DNA of 63,196 nt, counting the filler, from Chiloscyllium plagiosum (taxonomy: Eukaryota), in assembly GCF_004010195.1 (NCBI RefSeq). It is 5 parts of one record of this genome, joined end to end, with 100 filler letters (N's around TTAATTAATTAA, not from the genome) between each part and the next. Parts side by side here need not be neighbours in the genome. Positions count along the whole stretch, not along the records: positions 29,536 to 40,205 come from NC_057716.1; positions 40,306 to 49,088 come from NC_057716.1; 3 more parts are not named here. The stretch is one strand, 5' to 3'. Positions 38,601 to 47,079 of the stretch are shown here, piece after piece (the stretch's first letter is position 1; every line of letters begins with the position of its first letter). The notes under the pieces were generated by a model, which was not told where the DNA came from, searched no databases, and saw only the letters and a list, made by a program, of their open reading frames with translations. The position numbers and the translations under genes were made by a program.

Positions 38601-41600
38601 TCCATCTGTCTAAATCATTTGGCAGTCTAAGACTTTCTTGCTCACTGTTTACCATGCCAATGTTCATGTCTAAATCATTAATGTACACAATACACAGCAA
38701 GGGTCAAAAAACTGAGACGTGCGGAATCAAGGGTTACAGGAAAAATGCAAGGTTGTTTCCTGTGATGTGAGGAATATCGAATCAGCCATGATCCTATTGA
38801 ATGGCAGATCATGCTCAAGGAGTTAGTTCTGATTCCATTTCTTATAAGCTCATGGAACTCTACGGGAGGCAGAGTCTGTGATAGATAAGAGTTACAGGGA
38901 AGTAGTTACTCCTAGGCACGAAGAAAGCTGGGTAACTATTAGAAGGGGGATAAAACAATCAGTGCAGCGATCCCCTGTGAACAAGTATACCGTTTATTGT
39001 TGGGGGGGATGGCTTACCAGGGGGATGCATTGCGGTGCAGGTCTCTGGTACAGAGCCTGTCCTTGTTGCACAGATGGGAAGGGGGGGAAAGGAAGAGAGT
39101 GTTAGTCATTGGGGACTCAATAGTTAGAAGCTCAGATAGAAGGTTTGTTGGGAACGAACGAGACTCGCGGTTGGTGTGTTGCCTCCCAGGTGCCAGGGTC
39201 TGTGATGTCTCTGATCGTCTCTTTGGGATTCTGAAGAGAGAGGGTGACCAGCCTCAAGTCGTGGTCCATGTCGGTACCAACGGCATAGGTAGAACACCCC
39301 TCAACCTCCTCATCCAAGTCATTTATATAAACTCCAAAGAGCAGATGCCCAAGAACAGAGCCCTGTGGGAGCCCACTCAACACTGACCTCCAGGCAGAAT
39401 ACTTTCCATCTACAACCACTCTCTGCCTTCTGTCAGCCAACCAATTCTGAATCCAGATAGACAAATCTCCCTGTATCCCATACTTCCTGACTTTATGAAT
39501 GAGCCTACCATGGAGAACCCTATCAAATGCCTTGTTGAAGTCCATATAGACAATAGACAATAGGTGCAGGAGTAGGCCATTCTGCCCTTCGAGCCTGCAC
39601 CACCATTCAATATGATCATGGCTGATCATCCTTAATCAGTATCTTGTTCCTGCCTTATCTCCATAACCCTTGATTCCACAATCCTTGAGAGCTCTACCCA
39701 ACTCTTTCTTAAATGAACCCAGAGACTGGGCCTCCACTGCCCTCTGGGGCAGAGCAATCCACACAGCCACCACTCTCTGGGTGAACAAGTTTCTCCTCAT
39801 CTCTGTCCTAAATGGTCTACCCCGTATTTTTAAGCTGTGTCCTCTGTTTCGGCACTCACCCCGCAGCGGAAACATGTTGCCAGCCGCCAGAGTGTCCAAT
39901 CCTTTGATCATCTTATATGTCTCAACCAGATCCCCTCTCAGTCTTCTAAACTCAAGGGTACACAAGCCCAGTCGCTCCAGTCTTTCAGTGTAAGGTAATC
40001 CCGCCATTCCAGGAATTGACCTCGTGAACCTACGCTGCATTCCCTCAATAGCCAGAATGTCTCTCCTCAAATTTGGAGACCAGAACTGCACACAGTACTC
40101 CAGGTGTGGTCTCACCAGGGCCCTGTACAGCTGCAGAAGGACCTCTTTGCTTCTATACTCAATCCCTCTTGTTATGAAGGCCAGCATGCTATTAGCCTTC
40201 TACACNNNNNNNNNNNNNNNNNNNNNNNNNNNNNNNNNNNNNNNNNNNNTTAATTAATTAANNNNNNNNNNNNNNNNNNNNNNNNNNNNNNNNNNNNNNN
40301 NNNNNCAGTGATCCAAGAATTTAAATCCTTGCTTCCTGCACCAGTTCCCCAGCCACACGTTCAAGTCCATTATCTCCCTGTTTCTGGCCTCACCAGCCCG
40401 AGGAACTGGAAGCAAGCGGAGATAACCACGTTGGATGTCCTGCTTTTCAGCCTTCTTCCTAGTTCTCCAAAGTCCCGCTGTAGTATGTTCCTCCTCTTCT
40501 TCCCGACATCATTTGTGCCGACATGTACCAACACCTCTGGCTCTTCACCTTTGTCCTTAAGGATTTCCTACACCACATCTACTGCTTGACCATTGTCGAC
40601 CTGTCTTGTCACCTCCTCAAATAACTCAATAAGATTTGTGAGGCATGACCTGTCCCTCACAAAGCCATGCTGACTACCTTTAATCATGCAATGCTTTTCC
40701 AAATAGTCATAAATCCTATCCCTCAGACTTCTTTCCAAAACATTGCTGACCACAGACATAAGATTGGTCTGTAATTGCCAGGGATTTTCCCATTCCCCTT
40801 ATTGAAAAGAGGAACAAGATTCACTTCCCTCCAATCCTGTGGTACAAATACCGTGGAGAGTGAGGAATCAAATATCCTTGCCAGCGGCTTAGCAACCTCC
40901 TTTCTCGCTTCCCGGAGAAGCCTAGGGTAAATCTGGTCTGGCCCTGGGGACTTATCAATCTTAATGTTTTCCAAAATTTCCAGCACATCAACTTCATCAA
41001 TCTTGATCTGGTCAAGCCTGTATCCCAGCTCCTTCATGAAAACCGAAGCAAAAAACTCATTTAGGGCTTCCCCTATCTGCTCAGACTCCACGCACAAGTT
41101 CCCTACGTTATCCCTGACTGGCCCAACCATCTCCCTGATCATTCTCTTATTCCTCACATGAGTTAAATGCCTTTGGGTTCTCCTTAATCCTTCCTGCCAA
41201 GCCTTCTTCGTGCCCCCTCCTGGCTCTCCTCAGTCCATTTCTGAGCTCCTTCCTAGTAAGCCTGTAATCCTCTAAAGCTGTGCTAGATCCCTGCTTCCTC
41301 TGCCTTACGTAAGCTGCCTTCTTCCTTTTGACGAGAAGCTCCTCTGTTCTCATCATTCAAGGTTCCTTAATCTTACCCCTTCTTACCTGTCTCAGTGGAA
41401 CAAAGTTGTGCATCACTCGCAACAACTGCTCCTTAAATAGTCTCCACATGTCTGCTGTGCCCTTTCTGTGGAACAATTGCTCCCAGTCTGTACATCCCAA
41501 CTCCTGTCTGATAACGTCATAATTTCCTTTTCCCCAATTAAATATCTTCCATCGGTAACTGCTCCTTTCCCTCTCCAAGGCTATGGTAAATGTGAGGCAG

Positions 41601-44600
41601 TGTTCTCCTACTGTGAGATCTGACACCTGTCCTGGCTTGTTGCTGAGCACCAAATCCAAAATGCCCTCTCCCCTCGTCGGCCTGTCTACATACTGAGTAA
41701 GGAAACCCTCCTGAACACACCTGACAAAAACGGCTCCATCCAAACCATCTGCACTAAGGAGGTTCCAGTCGATATTGAGGAGAAAGTGAGGTCTGCAGAT
41801 GCTGGAGATCAAAGTTGAAACTTTATTGCTGGAACAGCACAGCAGGTCAGGCAGCATCCAGGGAACAGGAGATTCGACGTTTCGGGCACAGGCCCTTCTT
41901 CAGGATTCAGGAAGAAGGGCCTGTGCCCGAAACATCGAATCTCCTGTTCCCTGGATGCTGCCTGACCTGCTGTGCTGTTCCAGCAATAAAGTTTCAACTA
42001 AAGAAATTGTATCACTTGTTAAGTCGAAGAGGGAGGCTTATGTGACATTGAGGCAAGATGGTTTAGATGATTTACAGATGGAGAGTTACAGATTATCTAG
42101 GAAGGATTTAAAGAGAGAATTAAGAAAACCAAGGAGGGGACATGAGCAGTCTTTAGCAAATAGAATAAAGGAGAATCCTAAAGCTTTCTATAGGTATGTG
42201 AGGAATAAAAGGATGACTAGGGTAGGAATAGGGCCAGTCAAAGACAGAAGTAGGAAGTTGAGTGTGGACCCTGTGGAGATCAGAGAGGTGATAAATGAAT
42301 ATTTCTCATCTGTTTTCACTCAGGAAAAAGAGAATATAGTAGAGGAGAAGAATGAGATACGAGATATTCGACTATAAAGGATTGAGGTTAGTAAGGAGGA
42401 GGTGTTATCAATTCTAGAATGAGTGAAAGTAGATAAGTCCCCTGGGCCGGATAGGATTTATCCGAATGTTCTCTGGGAAGCCAGGGAGGAGATGGCGGAG
42501 CCTTTGGCCTTGATCTTTGAATCGTCATTGTCTCCAGGTTTAGTACCAGAGGACTGGAGGATTGCAAATGTTGTGCCCTTGTTCAAGAAGGGCAGTAGAG
42601 ATGACCTAGGTAATTATAGACCAGTAAGCCTTAGTTCTGTTGTAGGAAAGGTTTTGGAAAGGATTATAAGAGATAAGAGTTATACTCATCTAGCAAGCAA
42701 CAATTTGATTTCACGTAGTCAACATGGTTTCGTCAAGGGCAGGTCGTGTCTCACAAAGCTCACTGAGATTTTTGAGACGGTGACCAAGCTGTAGATGAGC
42801 GTAGGGCAGTTGACGTGGTATACACGAATTTAAGTAAAGCCTTTGATAAGGTTCTACATAGTAGGCTGTTGGAAAATATGCAGAGGCATCTGGTTGAAGG
42901 TGATTTAGCAGTTTGGATTAGAAACTGGCTTTCTGTAAGAAGGTGGTTGATGGAAAATATTCAGCATGGAGTCCAGTTACTAGTGGTGTGCCATAAGGAT
43001 CTGTTTTGGGAACATTGCTGTTTGTCATTTTTATAAATGACCTGGACGCAGGCATAGGTGGATGGATTAGTAAATTTGCAGACGACACTAAAGTCGGTGG
43101 AGTAGTGGACAGTGTGGAAGAATGTTACAGGGGGACTTGGATAAACTGCAGAATTGGGCTGTGAGGTGGAAAATAGACTTCAATGCAGCTAAATGTGAGG
43201 TGATGCACTTTGGGATTAACAACAGGAAGGCAGAATGGTCAATGGAAAGATTCTTGGTAGTGTGGATGTGCAGAGGGATCTTGGTGTCCATGTACATAGA
43301 TCCCTGAAAGTTGCCACCCAGGTGGATAGTGCTGTTAAGAAGGCATATGGTGTGTTAGGTTTCATTGCTAGAGGGATTGAGTTCCGGAGCTGTGATGTCA
43401 TGCTGCAACTATACAAAACGCTGGTGCGGCCACACTTGGAATATTGTGTACAATTCTGGTCGCCATATTTTGGGAAGGATGTGGAAGCGTTGGAAAAGGT
43501 GCAGATGAGATTTACCAGGATGTTGCCTGGTCTGGAGGGAAGGTCTTATGAGGAAAGGCTGAGGGACTTGGGTCTGTTCTCCTTTGAGAGAAGAAGGCTA
43601 AGAGGGGATTTGGTACAGATATACAAGATGATCAGAGGATTAGATAGCAAAAAGAAAATGCTGGAAATTTCAGCAGGTCTGGCAGCATCTGTAAGGAGAG
43701 AAAAGAGCTGAAGTTTTGAGTCTAACTGACCCTTTGTCAAAGCTGGATAACAAAGCTTTGACAAAGGGTCAGTCAGACTCAAAACGTTAGCTCTTTTATC
43801 TCCTTACAGATGCTGCCAGGCCTGCTGAGATTTTCCAGCATTTTCTCTTTTGGTTCAGATTCCAGCATCTGCAGTAATTTGCTTTTATCCAGAGGACTAG
43901 AGAGGGTAGACAGTGAAAGTCTTTTTCCTAGGATGATGATGTCAGCGTGTACGAGGGGGCATAGCTACAAATTAAGGGGTGATAGATTTAAAACAGATGT
44001 TAGAGGCAGGTTCTTTACTCAGAGAGTGGTAAGGGTGTGGAATGCCCTATTTGCCAATGTAGTTAACTCAGCCACATTAGGGAGATTTAAACAATCCTCG
44101 GATAAGCACATGGATGATGATGGGATAGTGTAGGGGGATGGGCTTAGATTAGTTCACAGGTTGGCGCAACATCGAGGGCTAAAGGGCCTGTTCTGCGCTG
44201 TATTCTTCTATGTTCTATGGACACTGGCTTCCAGTCACAAAAATAGCCTTAGACCATCTACTTCCTGTCACTAAGCCAATTTTGGATTTAAATTGCTAAA
44301 GTGCTCTGGATCCCATGTGCTATTAACCTCTGAGTCTTCCATGAGAGACCTGAACAAAATCTTGACTGAAGTCCATGCAGACTACATCTGTTGCATTGCC
44401 CTCATCTGCACATTTAGTAACTCGTCAAAAAATTCAATCAATCCTGTCAGACATGATCTCTGCTGACTATCCTTGATGAGTCCTGGCCTCTCCAACTGGA
44501 AATTAATTTTGGCCCTATGAATTTTCAGACTACAGATATCAGACTCAGTGGCCTGTATTTCCTGGTTTATCCCTCCTACACATCTTGAATTATGGTACAA

Positions 44601-46804
44601 CAATATCTGTCCTCCAGACCTCTGCACCCATCCTGTGGCCAAAGAGGAATTCAAAATTATTTCAGGGCTCCTGCAATTTCATCTCCTACTTCCCACAGTA
44701 CCTCGGGATACATCTCATGCAGGCCTGACACCCTCTCCTTCTCAATGCCAGTGTGTTCAAGGAGATTATAATCCTAGCTCTGATTTGGAGACTTGCATTA
44801 TCCTCTGGCATGGGAATCCAGATGTGTAGCTGTATCTTCTAGCTGCACACACTGATTGCTACTTTGATCCCTAACAGACCCTACTCTTTCCCTAGTTATT
44901 CTTACATCCCTTATACTTATAATTCGGAGATGCCGGTGTTGGACTTGGGTAGACAAAGTTAAAAATCACACAACCCCAGCTTACAGTCCAACAGGTTTGT
45001 TTGGAAGCACAATTATTGGAGCATTGCTCCTTCATCAGATGGTTGTGAGCAGTGCGCCGAAAGCTGGTGTTTCCAAATAAACCTGTCAGACTATAACCTG
45101 GTGTTGTGTGATTTTTAGCCTTATACTTATATAATGCCTTTGGAATTTCCTTAATGTTATCCACCAGGGTTCTTTCATATCTGCTGTTTGCTCTATGTTT
45201 TTATTCTACGATTCTATCCTAATTTTGCTTTAACATAACCCACTGTATTTTGAATATTCCTTAAGGGCACCTGCTGTTTCAAGTCTCAGTATCTAACATA
45301 AACCTTACTTTTATTTCTTACCCATCTTGTATATCCCTTGATAACCAGCATTCTCTGTACTTGTTGGTCCTAGACATCACCTTTATCTGATCAAGTTGGC
45401 CCTACACTGCTGATTATCCTTTTGAATGTCTCCCACTGCTCTGACGTGTATGTTCCTACAACTAGCTACTCCCAGTTCACTTTGGCCAGATCCTGTGTTA
45501 TTTTATGAAAATTGACCCTCGATTACAATCAGTGTTTGGGGATGTGGGGGTGGGGATGGGAGGGATGGGGTTGGGGGATCGGGTGGTGGGGGGGGGGGGG
45601 GGGGGTAACAGCTGAACTGAATAGGTGGAGGTGGCTCTGCCTCACCTTGCCCCTCGGATATCGATCGTCCCTTTCAGCTTCTCTTCACTATCATTCTCAA
45701 AATACATGAGTCGGGTTTCTCGCAGCACAAACCAGCGACGTTTCCAGTTCCTGCGAGACAGTGTGGACATTCCACCACCTTTCTTGTACAGCCAGCCTGA
45801 CTTAAGGGCCTCCTGCTTGGCACGGAACCACATGAAGGTCTCATCCTTCAGCACACACCAGCGTCGTTTCCACGGGATCATCAGGCCTCCTGAATAAGTC
45901 AAACAGCACTGGTCAGACAAGGACAATGGGAAACGGCAAAGGATAATCCCCAACAACCCCCCCATACCCTGTGAGACTGGGCCATACGAACCCCACAAGC
46001 GGGGCTGTGTGAGACTGAGTGCTCCCTACCCGCCCTGGAGTCTTGAGAGACTAGGCCTTCCCCACTCCACCCCCCCCCAACCCCATCCCAACCAGTGGGA
46101 GCTGTGTGGGGCAGTGCCCTTCCTACAACACTGATCCCTGTGGGACTCGGCTGACCTGTTATTGTCCTTTGGGACCAGGCTCGACACCCCACTGATTGGA
46201 GCATTCCCCCAGTGCCAGCAAGACTGAGCCCAAACTCAGTCATAACAGGGACACAGCATGGAAACAGACCCTTCGGTCCAACCAGTCCTTACCAACCATA
46301 ATCCCAAACTTAACTAGCCCCTCCCCCACCACCACTGGCTGTACTTGGCCCATATCCCTCCGAACATTTCTTATTCATGTGTTTATCTGAATGTCTTTTA
46401 AATGTTGTAACTGTGCCCACATCCACCACTTCCTCAGGAAGTTTATTCCACACATGAACCACACAGTAAAAAACTTACCTTTCATGTATTTTTTAAATCT
46501 TTCTCCTCTCATCTTAAAAATATGCTCCCTGTTCTTGAAATTCCCACCCTAGGGAAAAGACACCTGCCATTAACCTTATCTATACCTCCCATTATTTCAT
46601 AAGCCTCCAGATGATCACCTCTCAACCTCCTACCCTCAGACTCTCTGCTCCCCAGTATTGTGGTCCAGAGAGTAGCTCACCTTTCATGTAGAGGTAACCA
46701 TGGAAGTATGGGGCCCTGGACCCGCTGGTAATGGGCATTCGACAAGTGTTGAACTCTTCATCAGTATCTGCTCGAAGGTCAAGCTCCTCCTCACTGTCCA
46801 TGAA
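2561..46804 (-). CDS. MYO10: Unconventional myosin-X-like gene, partial (13 exons: end of PEST, split PH1/PH2, PH3, MyTH4, start of FERM); possibly the MYO10 paralogue rather than the orthologue
   Basis: Exons were spliced by hand into one 666-codon open frame, colinear with the human MYO10 tail as I recall it. All introns are GT-AG with matching phases. Confidence 0.93.
2686..3323. repeat. 24-bp minisatellite (GGGGCACAGGGCCGTTACACAGGA)n, about 26 copies
   Basis: Periodicity read directly; 23-bp variants are interspersed. Confidence 0.95.
3350..3973 (+). mobile_element. Old, interrupted SINE of a second family; relatives at about 25230-25405 and 38060-38370
   Basis: Shared blocks (CTACATGTGACTCCAGACCCACAG; AAATGxTGGC...CCCACATCCC). 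The tail resembles the 3' end of the LINE at 7960-10300. Confidence 0.5.
4087..4338. repeat. Degenerate pyrimidine-rich tandem repeat of about 20 bp (CCCCGTCTCTGACCCCGTCA) spanning a gap
   Basis: Repeated GTCTCTGACCCC motif. Confidence 0.75.
4383..4519 (-). CDS. MYO10: MYO10-like exon L ([22 protein letters not shown]...ADILAKFER), FERM F1
   Basis: ttccag|GTT ... AGAG|gtgaga, 137 nt, phase 0 to 2. Confidence 0.95.
4660..5520 (+). mobile_element. Degenerate CR1-type LINE 3' fragment
   Basis: FADD and [12 protein letters not shown] remnants. Confidence 0.75.
5572..5779 (-). CDS. MYO10: MYO10-like exon K ([14 protein letters not shown]...[10 protein letters not shown]...SHTTAGE), end of MyTH4 / start of FERM
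   Basis: ccacag|G ... GAG|gtgagt, 208 nt, phase 2 to 0. Confidence 0.95.
5936..6573. repeat. 18-bp minisatellite (CCGCCAGAGAGACGCACT)n, about 31 near-perfect copies from 6004
   Basis: Periodicity read directly. Confidence 0.97.
6898..7195 (-). CDS. MYO10: MYO10-like exon J ([13 protein letters not shown]...[13 protein letters not shown]...[11 protein letters not shown]), MyTH4
   Basis: ctgtag|TG ... AGAG|gtttgt, 298 nt, phase 1 to 2; contains the MyTH4 signature LRDExYCQLIKQ. Confidence 0.95.
7336..7856 (+). mobile_element. CR1-type LINE 3' end
   Basis: ORF 7356-7775; nearly identical to 1846-2360. Confidence 0.87.
7960..10300 (-). mobile_element. Older LINE of a distinct CR1/L2-group family, interrupted at 8560-8702 and by a plus-strand CR1 3' end (about 9586-10101)
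   Basis: RT motif [20 protein letters not shown]...VADD in ORF 8826-9161. Confidence 0.75.
8560..8702. mobile_element. Truncated fold-back Penelope-derived insertion (family A)
   Basis: Inverted arms; 14-bp TSD GTGAGGGATATGAT at 8546-8559 and 8703-8716. Confidence 0.75.
10405..10920 (+). mobile_element. CR1-type LINE internal ORF2 fragment
   Basis: KSPGPD, PGNY.PVSLTS and QHGF motifs. Confidence 0.82.
11891..12014 (-). CDS. MYO10: MYO10-like exon I ([41 protein letters not shown])
   Basis: tttcag|GAG ... AGCT|gtgagt, 124 nt, phase 0 to 1. Confidence 0.94.
12878..13035 (-). CDS. MYO10: MYO10-like exon H ([26 protein letters not shown]...QQLIRDIK)
   Basis: ctctag|GT ... AAG|gtaagg, 158 nt, phase 1 to 0. 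Confidence 0.94.
13139..13528. repeat. 30-bp minisatellite with an internal hairpin, about 13 copies
   Basis: Unit ACTCTGGGAGTAATGTTCCCACTCATCAAT with an exact 30-bp period. Confidence 0.93.
13592..13778. mobile_element. Fold-back Penelope-derived insertion (family A)
   Basis: Inverted arms; 16-bp TSD ACTGATA(G/A)TAGGAAGT; hammerhead-like core at about 13651-13686. Confidence 0.72.
13811..14340. mobile_element. Family B fold-back element with a nested family A fold-back element (13888-14106)
   Basis: Both elements are inverted repeats; the nested copy has a 13-bp TSD TATAGTCCAACAG at 13875-13887 and 14107-14119. Confidence 0.78.
13972..14007 (+). ncRNA. Hammerhead motif (family A) in a fold-back element
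   Basis: TTC-CTGAAGA-A-GGGC-TAAT-GCCC-GAAAC-GTC-GATTC. Confidence 0.65.
14445..14639 (-). CDS. MYO10: MYO10-like exon G ([22 protein letters not shown]...[10 protein letters not shown]), PH3
   Basis: ttccag|GG ... ACAG|gtgctg, 195 nt, phase 1 to 1; the donor is weak but is required to keep the frame. Confidence 0.92.
15335..15689 (-). mobile_element. Full-length HE1-like V-SINE
   Basis: Reverse-complement homologue of 60034-60369. Confidence 0.82.
16250..18432 (+). mobile_element. CR1-type LINE, ORF2 and 3' end
   Basis: RT motifs [13 protein letters not shown] and FADD; conserved 3' tail. Confidence 0.88.
16703..17006 (+). mobile_element. HE1-like V-SINE inserted in a LINE RT region
   Basis: B box, V-domain and tail present. 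Confidence 0.8.
18460..22372 (+). mobile_element. Near full-length degenerate CR1-type LINE (ORF1 zinc finger + SGNH esterase; ORF2 APE endonuclease + RT)
   Basis: CSSC..C..C, GDSIVR and VHIGTND in ORF1; [24 protein letters not shown] and KFADDT in ORF2; many stops and frameshifts; (TTCTATG)-type tail. Confidence 0.9.
22817..24184 (-). mobile_element. Young 5'-truncated CR1-type LINE
   Basis: Long RT ORFs at 23089-23886 and 23838-24167; (AGAACAT)n tail. Confidence 0.9.
24628..24885 (+). mobile_element. HE1-like V-SINE
   Basis: B box GGGTTCAATTCCC, V-domain and tail present. Confidence 0.8.
25127..25162 (-). ncRNA. Hammerhead motif (family A variant)
   Basis: ATTC-CTGATGA-A-GGGC-TTTT-GCCC-GAAAC-GTC-GATT. 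Confidence 0.62.
25671..25813 (-). CDS. MYO10: MYO10-like exon F ([35 protein letters not shown]...QEFIVRG)
   Basis: tttcag|A ... CGTG|gtaaat, 143 nt, phase 2 to 1. Confidence 0.93.
26608..26663 (-). CDS. MYO10: MYO10-like exon E ([19 protein letters not shown]), PH1-C
   Basis: gtgcag|GGC ... ACAG|gtaata, 56 nt, phase 0 to 2; not in the ORF track; resembles MYO10 GTLDVGLIDSVCASDSPDR. Confidence 0.92.
26903..27697 (+). mobile_element. Young CR1-type LINE 3' end
   Basis: 230-aa open RT C-terminus; TTCTATGTTCTA tail. Confidence 0.88.
27698..27963. repeat. Tandem and dispersed repeat of about 70 bp (GGGTTAGATACAGAGTAAAGCTCCCTCTACACTG...CCCAGGACAGGGACAGCAC); other copies at about 25918-25985 and 34697-34865
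   Basis: About three tandem units here, plus dispersed homologues. Confidence 0.85.
28477..28679. mobile_element. Family B fold-back element inserted in a LINE endonuclease region
   Basis: Inverted arms; 12-bp TSD TGCTTTAA(A/C)GCA. Confidence 0.75.
28527..28561 (-). ncRNA. Minimal type I hammerhead ribozyme motif (family B)
   Basis: CAC-CTGATGA-A-GGAGC-GGC-GCTCC-GAAAG-CTA-GTG: stem I CAC/GTG, palindromic AGCT in stem III. Confidence 0.68.
29114..29435. mobile_element. Family A fold-back element with a 130-bp tandem duplication
   Basis: Direct repeat 29075-29204 / 29205-29334, followed by an inverted arm running into the gap. Confidence 0.7.
29301..29336 (-). ncRNA. Minimal type I hammerhead ribozyme motif (family A)
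   Basis: ATTC-CTGAGGA-A-GGGC-CTGT-GCCC-GAAAC-GTC-GAAT; the only core difference is at the free N7 position. Confidence 0.72.
29436..29535. other. Artificial contig spacer N44-TTAATTAATTAA-N44
   Basis: The identical 100-bp structure occurs four times in the window. Confidence 0.95.
33782..33817 (-). ncRNA. Minimal type I hammerhead ribozyme motif (family A)
   Basis: Minus strand reads ATTC-CTGAAGA-A-GGGC-CTGT-GCCC-GAAAC-GTC-GAAT: stem I ATTC/GAAT, core CUGANGA and GAAA, GUC site. Confidence 0.72.
34227..34434. mobile_element. Family A fold-back element
   Basis: 16-bp TSD CTCTGTCA(T/C)AGCTACA at 34211-34226 and 34435-34450. Confidence 0.75.
34961..35054 (-). CDS. MYO10: MYO10-like exon D ([31 protein letters not shown])
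   Basis: ggacag|T ... GTG|gtaagt, 94 nt, phase 2 to 0. Confidence 0.93.
36077..36172 (-). CDS. MYO10: MYO10-like exon C ([32 protein letters not shown]), PH2
   Basis: ctgcag|A ... CCAG|gtatcc, 96 nt, phase 2 to 2. Confidence 0.92.
36325..38043. mobile_element. Two CR1-type LINE 3' ends (minus 36325-36928, plus 37471-38043) flanking an N gap
   Basis: RT C-terminal motifs and family-specific tails. Confidence 0.85.
38855..41777. mobile_element. Mosaic of CR1-type LINE fragments (ORF1 plus; RT, endonuclease and ORF1 minus)
   Basis: [11 protein letters not shown] and NIDW motifs with abrupt junctions. Confidence 0.8.
40206..40305. other. Artificial contig spacer
   Basis: N44-TTAATTAATTAA-N44. 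Confidence 0.95.
41778..41997. mobile_element. Family A fold-back element between oppositely oriented LINE pieces
   Basis: Near-perfect inverted arms centred at about 41905; no TSD visible. Confidence 0.72.
41998..44219 (+). mobile_element. CR1-type LINE, ORF2 and 3' end
   Basis: Same subfamily as 16250-18432; interrupted at 43648-43889. Confidence 0.87.
43648..43889. mobile_element. Fold-back element of a third related family with a degenerate hammerhead core
   Basis: Inverted arms; TSD CAGAGGA(T/C)TAGA; core reads TTGACAAAGGGTC...GACTC-AAAACGTTAGCT. Confidence 0.62.
44922..45118. mobile_element. Family B fold-back element (degenerate)
   Basis: 13-bp TSD CCTTATACTTATA at 44909-44921 and 45119-45131. 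Confidence 0.7.
45646..45889 (-). CDS. MYO10: MYO10-like exon B ([18 protein letters not shown]...[22 protein letters not shown]...IDIRGAR), PH1-N and PH2
   Basis: attcag|GA ... GCAAG|gtgagg, 244 nt, phase 1 to 2. Confidence 0.95.
46681..46804 (-). CDS. MYO10: MYO10-like exon A ([18 protein letters not shown]...[11 protein letters not shown]), end of PEST / start of PH1
   Basis: ggacag|TTC ... AAAG|gtgagc, 124 nt, phase 0 to 1; resembles MYO10 FEDSEEDFDSRFDTDDE...PYFHSFLYMKG. Confidence 0.9.
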
Positions 46805-47079
46805 CTGTCCAGAAAGAGTGATAATGAGTGATTCCAGAAGCCCCGTGTACGATAACAATATAAGAACTAGGAGCATGGGGAGGCAATTCAGCCCCTTCAA
46901 GCCTGCTCCACCATTTCAAATGATCATAGCTGATCTCATCACTTTCCTGTCTGCATAATCGTTATAATCGTTCCCATAACCCTTCTAAATATTACTAATT
47001 TTAAAGCTGACTGTCTACTGCACTCTGTGTTAGTGAATTCCACAGATGTACAAACCTTTGAGAGAAGTGATTGTGTCTC

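Noticed and set aside
45538..45605. G-quadruplex-capable G-run tract next to exon B
   Set aside because: Low-complexity sequence on the template strand, with no evidence of function from sequence alone.
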